A DNA stretch of 64,000 bases from Octopus sinensis (taxonomy: Eukaryota), in assembly GCF_006345805.1 (NCBI RefSeq), contig NC_043006.1, positions 18,228,001 through 18,292,000 of the forward strand. Direction: 5' to 3'. Below the pieces are notes generated by a model, which saw only the letters and a program-made list of their open reading frames with translations, had not been told where the DNA came from and did no database searches. Shown here piece after piece: positions 24,266 through 38,981 of this stretch. The position numbers were made by a program, and so were the translations under genes. Numbering within the stretch: the first letter of the stretch is position 1; every line of letters begins with the position of its first letter.

Positions 24266-24495
24266 TTTCTTTACTGCCCACAAGGGGCTAAACATAGAGG
24301 GGACAAATAAGGACAGACAAAAGGATTAAGTCGATTAAATCGACCCCAGTGTGAAACTGGTACTTTATTTATCGACCCCGAAAAGATGAAAGGCAAAGTT
24401 GACATCGGCAGAATTTGAACTCAGAACGTAATGACAGGCGAATTACCGGTAAGCATTTCGCCTGGCGCGCTAACGTTTCTGCCAGCTCATCACCT
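24266..24495 (-). mobile_element. SINE type B
   Basis: Family match; TAATATATATT on both sides. Confidence 0.8.
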
Positions 24496-24639
24496 TAATA
24501 TATATTGTTATATATACCACCTAGATACCACCTAATATATATTGTTTGAATTCATGGAGGTCAGTGGTTCTTAACCCTTTTTATCTTTGGATCCTTCTGA
24601 TTTTTAAAAAGATTTTTCAAATTACAACAGTGAGTCTTT

Positions 24640-25270
24640 GACACAATCTTTGAAACACTTCTCAGTTTTTTTCTGAGGTCATTTTCCTTCAGCCAGTTCT
24701 CCATAAAGCATCTTCTTCTGGATACAACTATCATCCAGCCATTTCATGTGTCCTGCGCAGCAAAGGCAGAGCTTGTGCGTATGAACTTCTATGCTCAGTG
24801 TGTCGGCTCATTCCAGTACCTTTGTGTCTGAAACATGTGAGATCTAGTGAATGTTCACAATTGATCTCAAGAAGTGCAGGTGGAAGTATTCCTGTAGGTT
24901 TAAATGTTTCCTGCAAACCACCCAGGTCTCACCAGAGTAAAGAAGGCTTGTACGAACACAAGCATTAGAGACACCTATCTTTGTTTCGTTTTTTTTTTTC
25001 CAGCCTTTCAGAGACCACGAGTGGTCTTGAAGAGAGCAGAAAAGATGTCAGTGGCTTTCATAAGTCAAAGAGATATTTCATCATTGAGGGAATAGAGACG
25101 GTTTATCATACTACAAACATATATGAAGTTGCCAACAACCTTCAACTTCTTCCCATCAATGTAGATGGAAGGTTCTATATAGGCTGTGCCTGGTGCTGGT
25201 TGAAACATGACAACTGTTTCATCCAGACTGATTGCCAGACCCTGTGCTTGAGGAGACCTATTGAGTCATG
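24640..25270 (-). mobile_element. RTE-BovB-type RT C-terminal fragment, degraded
   Basis: VMFQPAPG..IYIDGKKLKVV..SLLYSGETW..KKMLYGELAEGK with stops and frameshifts. Confidence 0.8.
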
Positions 25271-25282
25271 TACATCGACATC

Positions 25283-25618
25283 ATAAATCAATGGAAATTG
25301 TAGTTGTGATCCCTGTGCCGGTGGCACATAAAAAACACCATCTGAACGTGGCCGATGCCAGTACTGCCTTGACTGGCTTCTATGCCGGTGGCACGTAAAA
25401 AGCACCAACTGATCGTAGCCATTGCCAGCCTTGCCTGGCACGTAAAAAGCACCCACTACACTCACGGAGTGGTTGGCGTTAGGAAGGGCATCCAGCTGTA
25501 GAAACACTGCCAGATCAGGCTGGGACTGGTGCAGCCTTCTGGCTTCCCAGACCCCAGTTGAACCGTCCAACCCATGCTAGCATGGAAAGCGGACGCTAAA
25601 TGATGATGATGATGATGA
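25283..25618 (+). mobile_element. 5'-truncated RTE 3'UTR copy
   Basis: 5' part matches the UTR at 17860-17920 of the RTE; ends CCAACCCATGCTAGCATGGAAAGCGGACG-(GAT)n. Confidence 0.8.
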
Positions 25619-26744
25619 TATATATATTCATACTTAAACGGTAAACTTCTGGAAAGTTTTACAAATTCTTACAGTGAGGGTTTAGATCTGTAGTCTTCAA
25701 ATCAGCTTTGTATGTATGCACGTATGTATGTATGTATGTATGTATGTAGGTAGGTAGGTAGGTAGGTAGGTTCTTATGTTCTCTTTCTCTTTTTAATTTA
25801 GATCAAATTTTGGTCAGCCGCCCACTTGAAGGCAAGGAAGTGAATGAACATATCTTGTTTTAACCATCATCCTTTACTTCTTAAGAAGATATCACAATTG
25901 TTTGAAGTATGTATGTATGCATGTATGTATGTATATTTATATTCTTTTATGCTTTTGCAGCGTGATAATTCTTCCACCTTAGTTAACAATAAATTCAATA
26001 GTTTACATAATTGTGTAGGAGTGTATGGTTGTGCACATTGTAAGAGTACAACAAAGCTATGTTATATGGATTACAATTCATCTTATTGTCCTGTACATCT
26101 TATACAATTTCAACAGAAACTACTTTGAAAGATTTCAACAATAGAACAACAAATATATATCATATAAGTAACCCTTCAGATTCTTGGAATATTAAAATCT
26201 AAAAAGCGGGCAACAATAAAGGTTTAGAACTCGTGTCACCAAACAAAGTTTGGCCCACTAATCGTCCATCCTTACTGTAAACAAAGATAATTTGAATTCA
26301 AACAAAAGTGGAAGATAATGCGCAAGATCAAATAATAAAGTGGCTAATATCATTATCAATATTCAGAAGATGCTTTCAATTAGAAATTCTTATCTTATTA
26401 CTGTGCTTAGAATAATAAAATTTTATTCTTATGTATATATTTATTTATCTTATTTTAATGCTCTCTGGTCTGAATGTTAAGAAGCCATAAATAAAAGTAA
26501 ACAAGTACTAACACATCACAGAGAAGATTGATAAGAAATTTTTTCTCCCACGCTGTTGATCTTGGAAGCTCCATAGATGTGGTGTTATGCGTTGCTTTCT
26601 TTGTGCTTGGAGTTAATGAGTTCATGTGACACCATACAAATGTTGGAAAAGCAACGGGTTCGGTTCGTCGGAATCTCCCTTCTAATGATCACTTTATTCT
26701 GTTATTTCGAACAATACATATATTATACCTATACAGAAAGAGAT

Positions 26745-26854
26745 GCTTGCATACATACATGCACACACACACATACTTATATACATGCACCCACACATAC
26801 TTATATACATACACCCACCCATCCACACAAATATATAAATAAATATACATACAT

Positions 26855-26941
<87 letters not shown>

Positions 26942-27137
26942 TACATACATACATACACACACATACATACATACACACATACACACATACATACACATAC
27001 ACACACACACACACACATACATACATACACACACACCACACATACATACATACATACATACATACATACATACATACATACATACATACATACATACATA
27101 CATACATACATACAACATACATACATACATATATATA

Positions 27138-27175
<38 letters not shown>
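26745..27175. repeat. (CATA)/(CA)/(TA) compound microsatellite
   Basis: Direct inspection. Confidence 0.95.
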
Positions 27176-27906
27176 CATTACAGATAATGTAATTAATCCA
27201 CTTATTGTGTTGAACAATATCAAGAAGACACAGACAACCTCCTTAACCATTAATTAAATTTCTTCTCGCCTTCATAAATAATTACACACATTCACACATA
27301 TATGCATATATATATATATATATATATGTACATGTGTGTGTGTGTTTATATATAAGCAGACAAATGGGTTATCTGGTACAGCATCAAATGTTTCATTAAG
27401 AATCTTTATAGTGATGTCAACATGGTACAGTCGGGTGTACAGTATTCACAACATCCATAAGATAATGTGAGTGTATATTATGTACATATATAATGTGTGT
27501 GTGTGTGTGAGTGTGTCTGTCTGTGTCTGTCTGTGTGCATGTGTGTGTAAATAAGAATGTATGAGCACTTGTATGTGTGTAATCATGTGTGTATATCACC
27601 AAAAGTCTCTGAAATGGTGCATCCTCAAGAAAAACGGATTTGATTTTTGAACTCTGCATCCCAAGGAGAAAGTTTTTCAGTAAACAATAATCAAAAAATA
27701 TAATCTGATACAAGAAACGAGTCATTTTCAGATCACCAAATCTACCTCTTTCTCTCTCTGTTTTTATGCTTTCCCCACTATATATATATATATATATACT
27801 TTATTTCTGCTGCTTAAAATAAAGCATATTACTCTACCACTGGTATTTGAGTATTCTTTTTACCACCTTGTTTCACATTTATGTGTTTACTCCGGTATAT
27901 GTATAT

Positions 27907-27950
<44 letters not shown>

Positions 27951-29035
27951 ATATACCACACTCTCTCACTTTTTCTCTAAATATATATACTTCTCATGCA
28001 TGGTGCTGCCCCCCCCCTCTCTCTCTCTCTCTCGATGTGACATGCAATTGCTTTCATTTTGTTCAAATCTTCATTATTGTAATGTGTTTGCTTTAATTTT
28101 CAATAACCGTTGAATTTGAGATACAAGTTACCAAAACAAAATCTCTCTTATTTGTTTGTACCACTTAATAAGTCTTTTGAAATATCTTGAAAATCAAATT
28201 TAGAATAACACTCATATGGTGTAATACATTCACTTTTCAGAAATGCAAAAATCACAACCATTATTACCTTGAATATATTCTCCTAACTTCCAAATAACTT
28301 TAAGTTCTCTTATATATTTTTAGTTTTTAGAAACCAGATATAATTTCACAAAATCATGTCAGAACATCTTTTGGGACTACTGAAAATATGTTTATGCAGA
28401 TTAAATCTTTACTTAAAAGGATTCTCAGTCAACCCAATGTAATCCTTAGAAACTAAATCCTTACCTGTAAATGTTCTCAAGCAATAAGCAATCTATTTTG
28501 AAAGACATTGTTAATTCAAAGGAAATTCTACATGGTTAAAACCGGAAGAATTAAATGTAGATTAAGATTTTTACAATGAATATTTATTTCCATAGCAAAC
28601 TTCTGTATTGTGTGGAAATTTATTTTAACATTATTCCTATTATAAACCTAGATATTCACCTTTTAATCCAACAAGATTTATAAAATAAGTATCAGAAATG
28701 CACTATGGTCAATTCATTCAACTGTAATCCTCCTGGATCGATTTTACCAATCAGTCTTCCAAGATAGATAAAATAAGATACCCGCTAAGGATTAGGAATG
28801 ATTTAATCAACTTTTCCTTCTCCCTAAATTTGGGATTTTGTACAAGATATCATTACTATAATGGGTTCAAATTCTGGCACAGGGCTAGCAGATTTTGAGG
28901 CAAGAGAAAATTTGATTTCACCAATTCCAGAATTTGATTGGTGCTTATTTTTATCAACCCTAAAAGGATGAAGGACAAAGTCAACCTCAGGGGAATTTGA
29001 ACTCAGAATGTAAAGACAGATGAAGATGTTATTAT

Positions 29036-29400
29036 AATCATCGTCATCGTCATTTAGTGTCTGCTTTCCCTGTTGGCATGGGTTAGACAGTCTGGCTGAA
29101 ACGGGTAAGCTGGAAAGCTGCACCAGGTTCCAATCTGATTTGGCATGGTTTCTAAGGCTGGATACCCTCCCTAACTCCAGCCACTCCAAGAGTGAGATGG
29201 GTGCTTTTTACGTGCCACTTGCACAGGTGCCAGTTACATAAGATCAGCATCAGCCTCAACTACAATCTCACTTGGCTTGACAAGTCTGCCATCATGACAA
29301 TATAATGGCATATCACCAAAAGTCTTGGCACAACGTTTGAAGATCGTGCTTTACCACCTTGTCTCCTGTCTTCCTGGGTCTACCTCTTCCACAGGTTCCC
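29036..29400 (-). mobile_element. RTE 3' end: ORF2 end plus shortened 3'UTR
   Basis: GTCGRGRPRKT-like remnant at 29340-29400 linked to the (GAT)n tail. Confidence 0.75.
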
Positions 29401-29771
29401 AAAAATGTCTAACTAAATACTTTTCAGTATTTATTTTCATTACTTGTGGATTTGAGTTCAAATCCTGTTGGAATCAACTTTGCTTTCCAGCTTCAATAAA
29501 ATTAAGACAAATTTGATAGACTGTTCCCTCACTTTCCAAACTTAATGTTATCATACTATATAATAAATGAGGGAACATGGCCAATTAGTTAGGATGCTGC
29601 ACTCACTATCACATGATCATGGTTTCAATTCTTGGACCAGGTAGTGTGTTGTGTTCTTGAGCAAAACATGTCATCTCACTTTGCTCTACAATCACTTTGA
29701 TACCTGACATGTGGTACACCATGCATCTGTTGAGGCAATGTTGATTTGAAGGAGAGACTGAGCTAATGTAC

Positions 29772-30340
29772 ATCATCATCATTTATCGTCCGTTTTCCAT
29801 GCTAGCATGGGTTGGACGGTTCGACCGGGGTCTGGGTAAGCCATGGAGGCTGCACCAGGCTCCAGTCTGATCTGGCAGTGTTTCTACAGCTGGATGCCCT
29901 TCCTAACGCCAACCACTCCATGAGTATAGTGGGTGCGTTTTATGTGCCAGGGTAGGTTGGCAGTGGCTATGATCGGTTGGTGCTTTTTACATGCCACCAG
30001 CATATATGATCATCATCATCGTTTAACGTCCGCTTTCCATGCTAGCATGGGTTGGATGGTTCGACCGGGGTCTGGGTAAGCCATGGAGGCTGCACCAGGC
30101 TCCAGTCTGATTTGGCAGTGTTGTTACAGCTGGATGCCCTTCTTAACACTAACCACTCCGTGAGTGTAGTGCGTGTTTTTTACGTGCTACTGGCACAGGG
30201 ACCAGAGCAGGCTAGCAAACGGCCACAATCGGTTGGTGCTTTTATGTGTCACCGACACGGACGCCAGTCAGGCGGCGCTGGCATCAGCCGCATTCGGACG
30301 GTGCTTTTTACGTGTCACCGGCACGGGTTACATTTGATCA
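29772..30340 (-). mobile_element. Two tandem RTE 3'UTR copies
   Basis: 29772-30000 and 30012-30340 share the variant GGGTAAGCCATGGAGG. Confidence 0.8.
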
Positions 30341-30437
30341 CTATAAACAAATCATTTGTGCAGGTTGTTTAACAAGAAATTAGAGAACCGTCTTTCTCAG
30401 ACTACAAGAAACTGCCATCATGACAATATAATAAATA

Positions 30438-30815
30438 GGAGTGGCTGTGTGGTAAGTAGCTTGCTAACCAACCACATGGTTCTGGGTTCAGTCCCACTGC
30501 GTGGCACCTTGGGTAAGTGTCTTCTGCTATAGCCCCGGGCCGACCAATACCTTGTGAGTGGATTTGATAGACGGAAACTGAAAGAAGCCTGTCGTATATA
30601 TGTATATATATATATATATGTATGTGTGTGTTTGTCCCCCTAGCATTGCTTGACAACTGATGCTGGTGTGTTTATGTCCCCGTTACTTAGCGGTTCGGCA
30701 AAAGAGACCGATAGAATAAGTACTGGGCTTACAAAGAATAAGTCCCGGGGTTGATTTGCTCGACTAAAGGTGGTGCTCCAGCATGGCCACAGTCAAATGA
30801 CTGAAACAAGTAAAA
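30438..30815 (+). mobile_element. SINE type A
   Basis: Full-length family match. Confidence 0.85.
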
Positions 30816-31608
30816 AAAAAAAAAAATCTGCAAGTAATTATTGCTATTAGATCATGTACTGTTTAATTCACTCGGTCATTTCCAAGACTTCAAGTTAGAT
30901 TCAAGCAGGTGGTATTAAATATGATGTATTTATGTTGAGTTTTCATTATGAGAGCTATTGTAATATGAAACTTCCAGCTGACAGCAAATGTGTGGAGTTT
31001 TTTCCAGTTCACTGGGAATTCTGTACATTGAAACATGATGCTTGTTTTCATGTACAACTGATAAACTAACAAGCAATGTTATTTTTTGTTTTTTGTTTTG
31101 TAATACCATTTATTATTTTATTCATAGACTTGACATGTATAAGTATATACATACACATGTATGGCTCTGTGTATGTGTGTGTGTGTGAGTGTGTGTGTGT
31201 GTGTGTGGTGTGTGTGTGATGTGCAAGCACGGCTGTGTGGTTTACAGACTTGCTGCCCAATCACATAGTTCTGGGTTCAGTCTCACTACATGGCACATCC
31301 AGCAAGTGTTTTGTACTATAGCCCTGCACTACCTAAATAAAGTTTTGAGAGGAGATTTGGTAGACAGAGCAGGCAGAAACGTTAGCACATCTGGCGAAAT
31401 GCTTAGCAGTATTTCGTTTATCTTTACATTCTGAGTTCAAATTCCGCCAAGGTCAACTTTGCCTTTCATTCTTTCAGGGTCGATAAATTAAGTACCAAAT
31501 GCGTACTCCCCCAAAATTTTTGGCCTTGTGCCTAGAGTAGAAAAAAATATAAACTCGTGGTGAAAATATGGCTGCAAACAAAAACAATGTAATTTGGTGA
31601 CATACATA

Positions 31609-32906
31609 TCAGGTCATCCCATAAGTTCTGTCCGAATTTTAAATAAAGAAAACAAGTGATCAAATGTTATATTTAATTGAAATTTAATCATCAATGTACT
31701 TTCCCTGATTATCTATGACTTCCTTCCATCTATTTACAAGCATTTTAATCCCACCAATGCAAAACTCTTTTGGTTTCAAAGCGAAGAACTCTGAAATGTC
31801 AGTTTCGACCTCCTCCTGGCTTGCGAAAGTTATGTCCCCCAAATGATTCTGTAAAATATGAAACAAGTGGTAGTCTGACGGAGCAAGGTCAAGAGAATAA
31901 GATGGATGAGGAATTTTTTCCCAACCAAGCTCTTCGATCTTCTGTGATGTGATCTTTGCAGTATGGGGTTGCGCATTGTCCTAATGATACATCACTCCTT
32001 TTCCATTCACTAAAGCGGGTCTCTTTTTCTTCAAATCTTGGTTCAAACGCTCTAATTGCTGACAGTAGACTTGAGCATCGATTGTTGCATTAGGTGGTAA
32101 CAATTCAAAGTGAATTACTCCTTTGCAATCCCACCGGATAGAGAGAAGAAACTTTTTTCCATGAATATTTCCCTTTTCGGTTGTGGTTGAGCTTTTTCCC
32201 TTTTACCAAGCCACTGTTTACTCTGTTAAACATTTCGATAGGAGATCCATTTTTCGTCACCAGTCACAAGTCTATCCGAAAAGGGTGAAATGAGTTTGCA
32301 AGAATGGAAAGAAGAGCAGATGTCAACTCGGGATTTGCGGTTGCTTTCAGACAATTCATGAGGCCCCCATTTTCCAGGTTTTGGAACCTTTCCAAGTTGT
32401 TGAAGATGATGATGAACAGTTGTATGGTTTGAACTAAGCTTTATGGCCAATTGCCAATTCTTCAACTGATAATGCAGGATTTTCTTCAAGTAATGCCTCA
32501 AGGAGCTTATCATCAAATTCACTGGACGTCCTGTTCAATATTCATCATCAAGGCTGAAATCTCCTCTTCTGGATTTTGCAAACCATCTTCTGCAAGTTCT
32601 TTCATTCAAGCATTCTTTCCCATAAACTGAGGGTATGTTTTGAGTTGCTTCAGCTGCAGAGTTTCCATTTTTGTACTCATAAAGCATTATGTGCCTCAAA
32701 TGCTCTTTGGATACTTCCATGTTAGAAAGGGTTTTTTAATCAAAGAAATTTTAATTCTTTAATTCTGTAAAATAATATTTAATTAGTTTAAATATACACA
32801 AATGCATAAAAATAATTTATAATTCCATTAGACATTCTAAAATACTATTAAATTTCATTCAATTCTAAAAAAGGTAAAATTGGACAGAACTTATGGGATG
32901 ACCTGA
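31609..32906 (-). mobile_element. Full-length (1298 bp) mariner, transposase pseudogenised
   Basis: TIR TCAGGTCATCCCATAAGTTCTGTCC, TA TSD; MEVSKEHLRHIM, VTGDEKW, H*DNAQPH, YSLDLAPSDYHLF, NQGKYIDD. Confidence 0.92.
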
Positions 32907-33119
32907 TACATACATACATACATACATACATATGTGCAACTATATGCTTGAGAATACATACATAAAGCAAAACATACAAATCTATACATATGCATACTTA
33001 CATACGAACAAAAATACCCTGTTGGTGATGTTGAAATTCCAATGAAGAAGCCTTGAATCTAGGTTAGAAACCAGCTCTTTCTCTACGGGCAAGAAGTCTT
33101 GAAATAAAAATGAACAATG

Positions 33120-33333
33120 ACATACATACATAGATACACACACACATACATACATGCATACATACATACACACACACACATACATACATACATACATACA
33201 TACATGCATACATACATACATACATACATACAGACAGACACATACATACATACATACATACATACATACATGCATACATGCATACATACATACATACATG
33301 CATGCATGCATACATACATACATACACATACAT

Positions 33334-33366
<33 letters not shown>

Positions 33367-33640
33367 TACATACATACATACATACATACATACATACAGA
33401 CCCACATTTGTTCATACACATTCATATATAAACTCATGCATACCTACATTCATACACGCATACACATATACATATACTTAAACATATACATACACACCTA
33501 TGCACATACACACAAACTTACATACATGCACATGCATACATGCAAGCATCCACACATACATCCATAGACATGCATATACTTATACATACATACTCACATA
33601 CTTACTCACATATATACACACTCACACACATATATATATA
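33120..33640. repeat. (TACA)/(CA) microsatellite block
   Basis: Direct inspection. Confidence 0.95.
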
Positions 33641-33647
33641 TACAATC

Positions 33648-34119
33648 GGCGAGCTGGCAGAAACGTCAGCGCGCCGGGCGAAATGCTTAGCTGTATTTCG
33701 TCTGTCGTTACGTTCTGAGTTCAAATTCTGCCGGGGTCGACTTTGCCTTTCATCCTCTCGGGGTCGATAAATAAAGTACCAGTTTCGCACTGAGGTCGAT
33801 GTAATCGACTTAATCCGTTTGTCTGTCATTGTTTGTCCCCTCTATGTTTAGCCCCTTGTGGGCAATAAAGAAATATATATATATATATACAATCGGCGAG
33901 CTGGCAGAAACGTTAGCGCGCCGGGCGAAATGCTTAGCTGTATTTCGTCTGTCGTTACGTTCTGAGTTCAAATTCCGCCGGGGTCGACTTTGCCTTTCAT
34001 CCTCTTGGGGTCGATAAATAAAGTACCAGTTTCGCACTGGGTCGATATAATCGACTTAATCCGTTTGTCTGTCATTGTTTGTCCCCTCTATGTTTAGCCC
34101 CTTGTGGGCAATAAAGAAA
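33648..34119 (+). mobile_element. Two tandem SINE type B copies (period 247 bp)
   Basis: Heads at 33648 and 33895, each preceded by (TA)n-CAATC; about 5 differences. Confidence 0.9.
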
Positions 34120-35198
34120 TATATATATATATATACATATATCCATGTGTGTGTGTGTGTGTGTAGGTGTGTGTCTGTGTCTGTATCTATGTGTGTGGGT
34201 GGGTGTCTGTGTGTATGTGCATGCGGGTATGAGTGGGTGAGTGCATGTGTGTGTATGAATAATGAATACTGCAATCATCTCCCAGGTCATTTCTCCATGT
34301 TTTATCATCATCATCATCATCATCATCATTATCATTATCTCTGACATCATCTCTCCAACTATTCTAACCACCAATATCTTTATCATCGTTGTCAAGGATG
34401 TCCCACCATTTATTACTTTCCTTTTCATTTAATTTCACTTAAGATCTTTCCCCAATTCCAGACAAACTCCTGTGATTCTTATATCGTAGAGAAACAAATC
34501 TTTCAAAAACTCCAAATGATTTTGCCACTTTCTGTTGTTCAAAATCTATATTTGTTTTTTTTATTTATAATATATTTTAGGTATCAACAAAAGAATTTTA
34601 TATTTTTTGTCTTTTGTTTTTTACTTGTTTCAGTCATTGGACAGCAGCCATGCTAGGGCACTATTTTTTTTTTTTATTTATCTAGTTTCAGCTCACAAGC
34701 TGAGGCCATGCTGGGGCACCGCCATTAGTTCAAGAATTTTAATCAGTAGGTAGATATATATGTATATATGAACATATATGTATATGTTTGTGTGTGTGTA
34801 TATGTGTATGTGTATATATGTGTGTATGTGTGTGTGTGTGTATCTATATATATATAGGTGCAGGCATGGCTGTGTGATAAAGAGCAAACTACCCAACCAT
34901 ATGATACATACATATGTACATACAAACATACATACATACATACATACATAGATACATACATACATACATACATACATGCATACATACATACATACATACA
35001 TACATACATACATACATACATACATACAACTAGCTTCCACACTGTTTCCATCAACCAAATTCATTCACAAGGCATCAGTCAACCTGGGACTATAGTAATA
35101 GACACTTGCCCAAAGTGTCATGTAGTGGGACTGAACCCAAAACCATGTAGTTACAAAGGGAGCTTCTTAACCACAAAGCCATGCCTATACCAACATAA

Positions 35199-35230
<32 letters not shown>

Positions 35231-35291
35231 TATATTTATGTTGGTAAAAACGATAAGATAACAAAAGAAAGAAAGAAATATATATATATGA

Positions 35292-35322
<31 letters not shown>

Positions 35323-35377
35323 ATTTATGTTGGTAAAAACGATAAGATAACAAAAGAAAGAAAGAAATATATATATA

Positions 35378-35418
<41 letters not shown>

Positions 35419-35997
35419 TAGAGCGAGAATATGGAGAGAGTGTCACCTGCTATTGAATCATACAGCAAAAAAAGCATGTAAACTAGGGAATCACAACTTT
35501 TGGGGCGTTTTGAGTTTTTTTTTTTTTATTATTATATCTTTTATGTTTGTTTTCCTCATGAATAGAATTGATTATGATTAATTTCTTTCTAAATAGTATC
35601 ATAAAACTTTATATTTACACCCGGAACAGCTGAAATATTATCCAAGATTATCCTAGCAACAAATCTTTAGGATGATCATAGGAATTATTGATATCAATAA
35701 TTGACATTAAGAGCTCATGCATAGGTTTATGGTAAGGAAGGTCAGTTCACAGTCATAAAGTTTTCGGTTCAATCCCACTGCATAACACCTTTGGGAAAAT
35801 TTCTTTTACCATATCCTCAAGTCAACCAAAACCTTGTGAGCGGAATTTGACAGGTGGGAATTGAGCAGAAACTTGTTGGTAAAGAGCAACTTTTCCTGTT
35901 TTGGGATGGTTTAATATTGTCACCTGTCACTTTATCAAAAGTGGCAGGTGTCAAACGTTACAGGCATTTAGATGTGTCAAAAGTGACAGGTGTTTAA

Positions 35998-36218
35998 CCC
36001 TTTAGTGTTCACATTATTCTGCCAAAATTAATCCTTTTTTATCCACATTGTTTTGAACTAATCATGCATTATCTTGTAGCTATGAGATTTTGATGAGGAA
36101 GCTGTTAATTTTTAAGATGATATTGTAGGGTTGGTGTGAGAGACCAGATCTGGCCAGTTTGAACATAAAACAGGCAGAATACTTTTGGCCGGATATGGCT
36201 GGTTTAAATGCTAAAAGG
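35998..36218. mobile_element. piggyBac-like MITE
   Basis: TTAA on both sides, CCCTTTAGTGTT left end; inverted family match to 46785-47015. Confidence 0.65.
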
Positions 36219-36689
36219 TTAAAGGTGTCAACGGTGACATGCATTTAGTGGGATCCACTTTGTCACAAGCATTCAGTCTAGGCTCCCATCTAGGGAGAAC
36301 TTTCTCCCAGCTTTCATACTAGCCCTTAAGACTAATGGATGCTGCCTCTAACTAAGCCAGTGATTACTGAACCCTTCGTTATTTGGGATCCCTTAAAATA
36401 CATTCCAAATCTCAGAGAACACTTAGAAGAAATTATGATATTTCTTCTTTTTTTTTTAATCTTTTTATTTGTTTTAGTCATTTGACTGTGGCTGTACTGG
36501 GCATTGCCTTGAAGAATTTTAGTTGAACAAATCAACACCAGGACTTTTTTTTAAAGCCTAGTGCTTATTCTATTAGTCTTTTTGCTGATCTGCTAAGTTA
36601 CAGAGTTACAGGGACGTACACACTAACACCAGTTGACAAGTGGTGGTGCTGGACAAACACAGACACAAAGACACACACACATAGATATA

Positions 36690-38800
36690 CAGGTATACCT
36701 CACCCTACATCATTAATTGGTTCCAGGAGACATGACTTAAGTCGAAAAATGTCGGATTAACTTGTCTCTAGGCTAGGATAGGCTGAATTTACTTGTCTCT
36801 AGGCTAAACCAATAATAACCATTCCCAGTTCTGTACTTTATTTATGAATGCATTTTCAATAATACATGGCTAATAAAAACCTATTTTAAGCTTACAAACA
36901 AATAATTTTTATTTTTTAATACAATGCAGTAAAAAAAAACTAATCTAAATTTACGAATACAATTTGACGGGGTTTCATACATCATGGATGCTTTATTTAT
37001 GAATGTGGTTTGCAATAAGACATGGTAAAATAAAAGCATTTTTTAAGCTTAAAAGACAAATTCAGTAATTACTATTATTTTACAATAGTAAAAAAAAAAC
37101 TAAATTATTTAAAATTTACCAATATATACATACAATTTGGTGGTTTACATCACAGATGAAGATGGATGTGAATTATCAACATCAACAGCTGACTCTGGCT
37201 GTTCTTGTTGTTCGATATGCTTAAAAAGCCGGTTGAGAGTTCCTTGAACTGTCTTCTTCTTTTCCTCAAAGATTACATTATAAGGAATAAAAGCTTCGTG
37301 ACAAGCCCACATAATCTTGGAAAAGCATATCCTTGAACATGGAAAGACCTTTTTCAAATCATGCAAATGCTTGCTGCATTTTCTTAATGGTAAAGTGACG
37401 TGGCTCAGGTTTGCCTTCCTCTTCCTTTTTATTTTGCTGCTCGTGAAGCTCTATCAAATCCTCATTTGTCAGGGGCTGCCTTATCTTTTTCAAATAGTTC
37501 TGTGAAGTCCTCCTCCTCCTCCAAATCCATTTCCAATTCTTTGCTCGTAGTCATCAACGTTTTGTTGATGACAACATTATCAAAGCCCTTAAAATCATTC
37601 ACGAATTGCAAGCATAGCTTCTTCCATACACCATTCATAGCCATGCTCTGTCACAAAGTGTGATGGACTCATCAAGATCAGTTACAGATATTGCTTGCTG
37701 CAGCATACGCTTTATATAGTAATGCTTGGAGATAGCAATTATTCCTTGATCCATTGTCTGCAGAAGAGACATGGTGTTTGGAGGGAGATATACGATGGTA
37801 ATGTTGGGGCCAAAATTTACGACATTTTGCGGGGGGCCAGGAGCATTATCTAGCATAAGTAAAACCTTAAAAGGAATCCCCTTCTCCTTACAGTACTTCT
37901 CTGCTACTGGGATAAAATGATTGAAGAACCAATCTTCCAAAACAACAACAGTAACCAATGCTTTTGAATGCCATCTCATACTACAGGGAGTGATGCCTTG
38001 GGTAAGTTCTTCAGGGCACAGGGGTTGTGTGCATGATGCACAAGCAATGGCTTTAACTTAAAATCTCCTGCACAATTAACTCCCAACCTAATGGTCACAC
38101 ATTCTTTTGAGCCTGGAATAGTTTTCTCTACCTTGGAAATGAATGAATGGTCTGGCAATTTTTTCCAATACAATCCAGTTTCGTCTACATTAAAATCTGT
38201 TTGGTAAGAAACCCATTTTCTTTGATGATTTTCTTTAATGCATTAGGAAATTCTGCTGCTGCCTATTTGTCAGCTAATGCACTTTCACCTTGTTTCTTAA
38301 TGGAATTGATAACTTCTTCGCTCCTTAAATATCATGAACCATCATTGACTTGCCTTGAGCTCTACATCTTTCTCATCTGAATATTTTTCTTCAGGTCCTC
38401 AAAGACAATGCTTTCTCTTGACTAATAGTAGCACACTGACGATTCAACCAAACAAGCCAAAGAGAAAGAAGATTTTCCATTTCTTTAATGACTTTGCCTC
38501 TTTTCATATTGATAAGAGTGTTCTTCATCCCTGGGGTTTCAGATTTAATATGTGCTAAAATCTTTTCCTTGTTATGTACAACCGTTGATGCAGTTGTCCG
38601 TCTCATCCCAAAAGATTGTGCAATTGCTACCACTTTTTCACCTTTTTTATGGCATTTCATCATAGCCAGTTTATCTTCCAGCATTATAGCATAATGCTTA
38701 GTACTTTTACTATGGATTTTTTTGGAGCCATGGGGGTAAAAAATAAAATTTAAAATAAATGAGAATGAGAAAGTAGCCACTAAACAGATGTAAACAAATC
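36690..38800 (-). mobile_element. Tigger/pogo transposon remnant
   Basis: TA|CAGGTATACCTC end; CENP-B-like HTH (38391-38780), AGDFKLKPLLV, LLMLDNAPG, PPNTMSLLQTMDQGII; second TIR not found. Confidence 0.85.
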
Positions 38801-38981
38801 TGAATTCAGAACAATCATGGGAATCACGAGTGACAACGATGCCTAATGGTAGATATTGGAACTACATAACAAAATATGTTATGTATTTATAATAAAATTA
38901 GAAATAGGGAATTAAACAACAAAACTTACTCAAAAAGCATTACATTATTTTTTTAATTAATAGTTTCCACAAAACCCCTAG

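Noticed and set aside
24564-24600. CAGTGGTTCTTAACC as an hAT element end
   Set aside because: Isolated short motif without partner TIR or 8-bp TSD.
26577-27257. 226-aa and overlapping HT/MYV-rich ORFs (also 33 kb, 42-44 kb, 49 kb, 55 kb)
   Set aside because: Stop-free because of (CA)/(TACA) repeats; no coding evidence.
36840-37140. ~155-bp diverged tandem duplication in the Tigger 3' region
   Set aside because: Internal to the transposon UTR; ordinary element structure.
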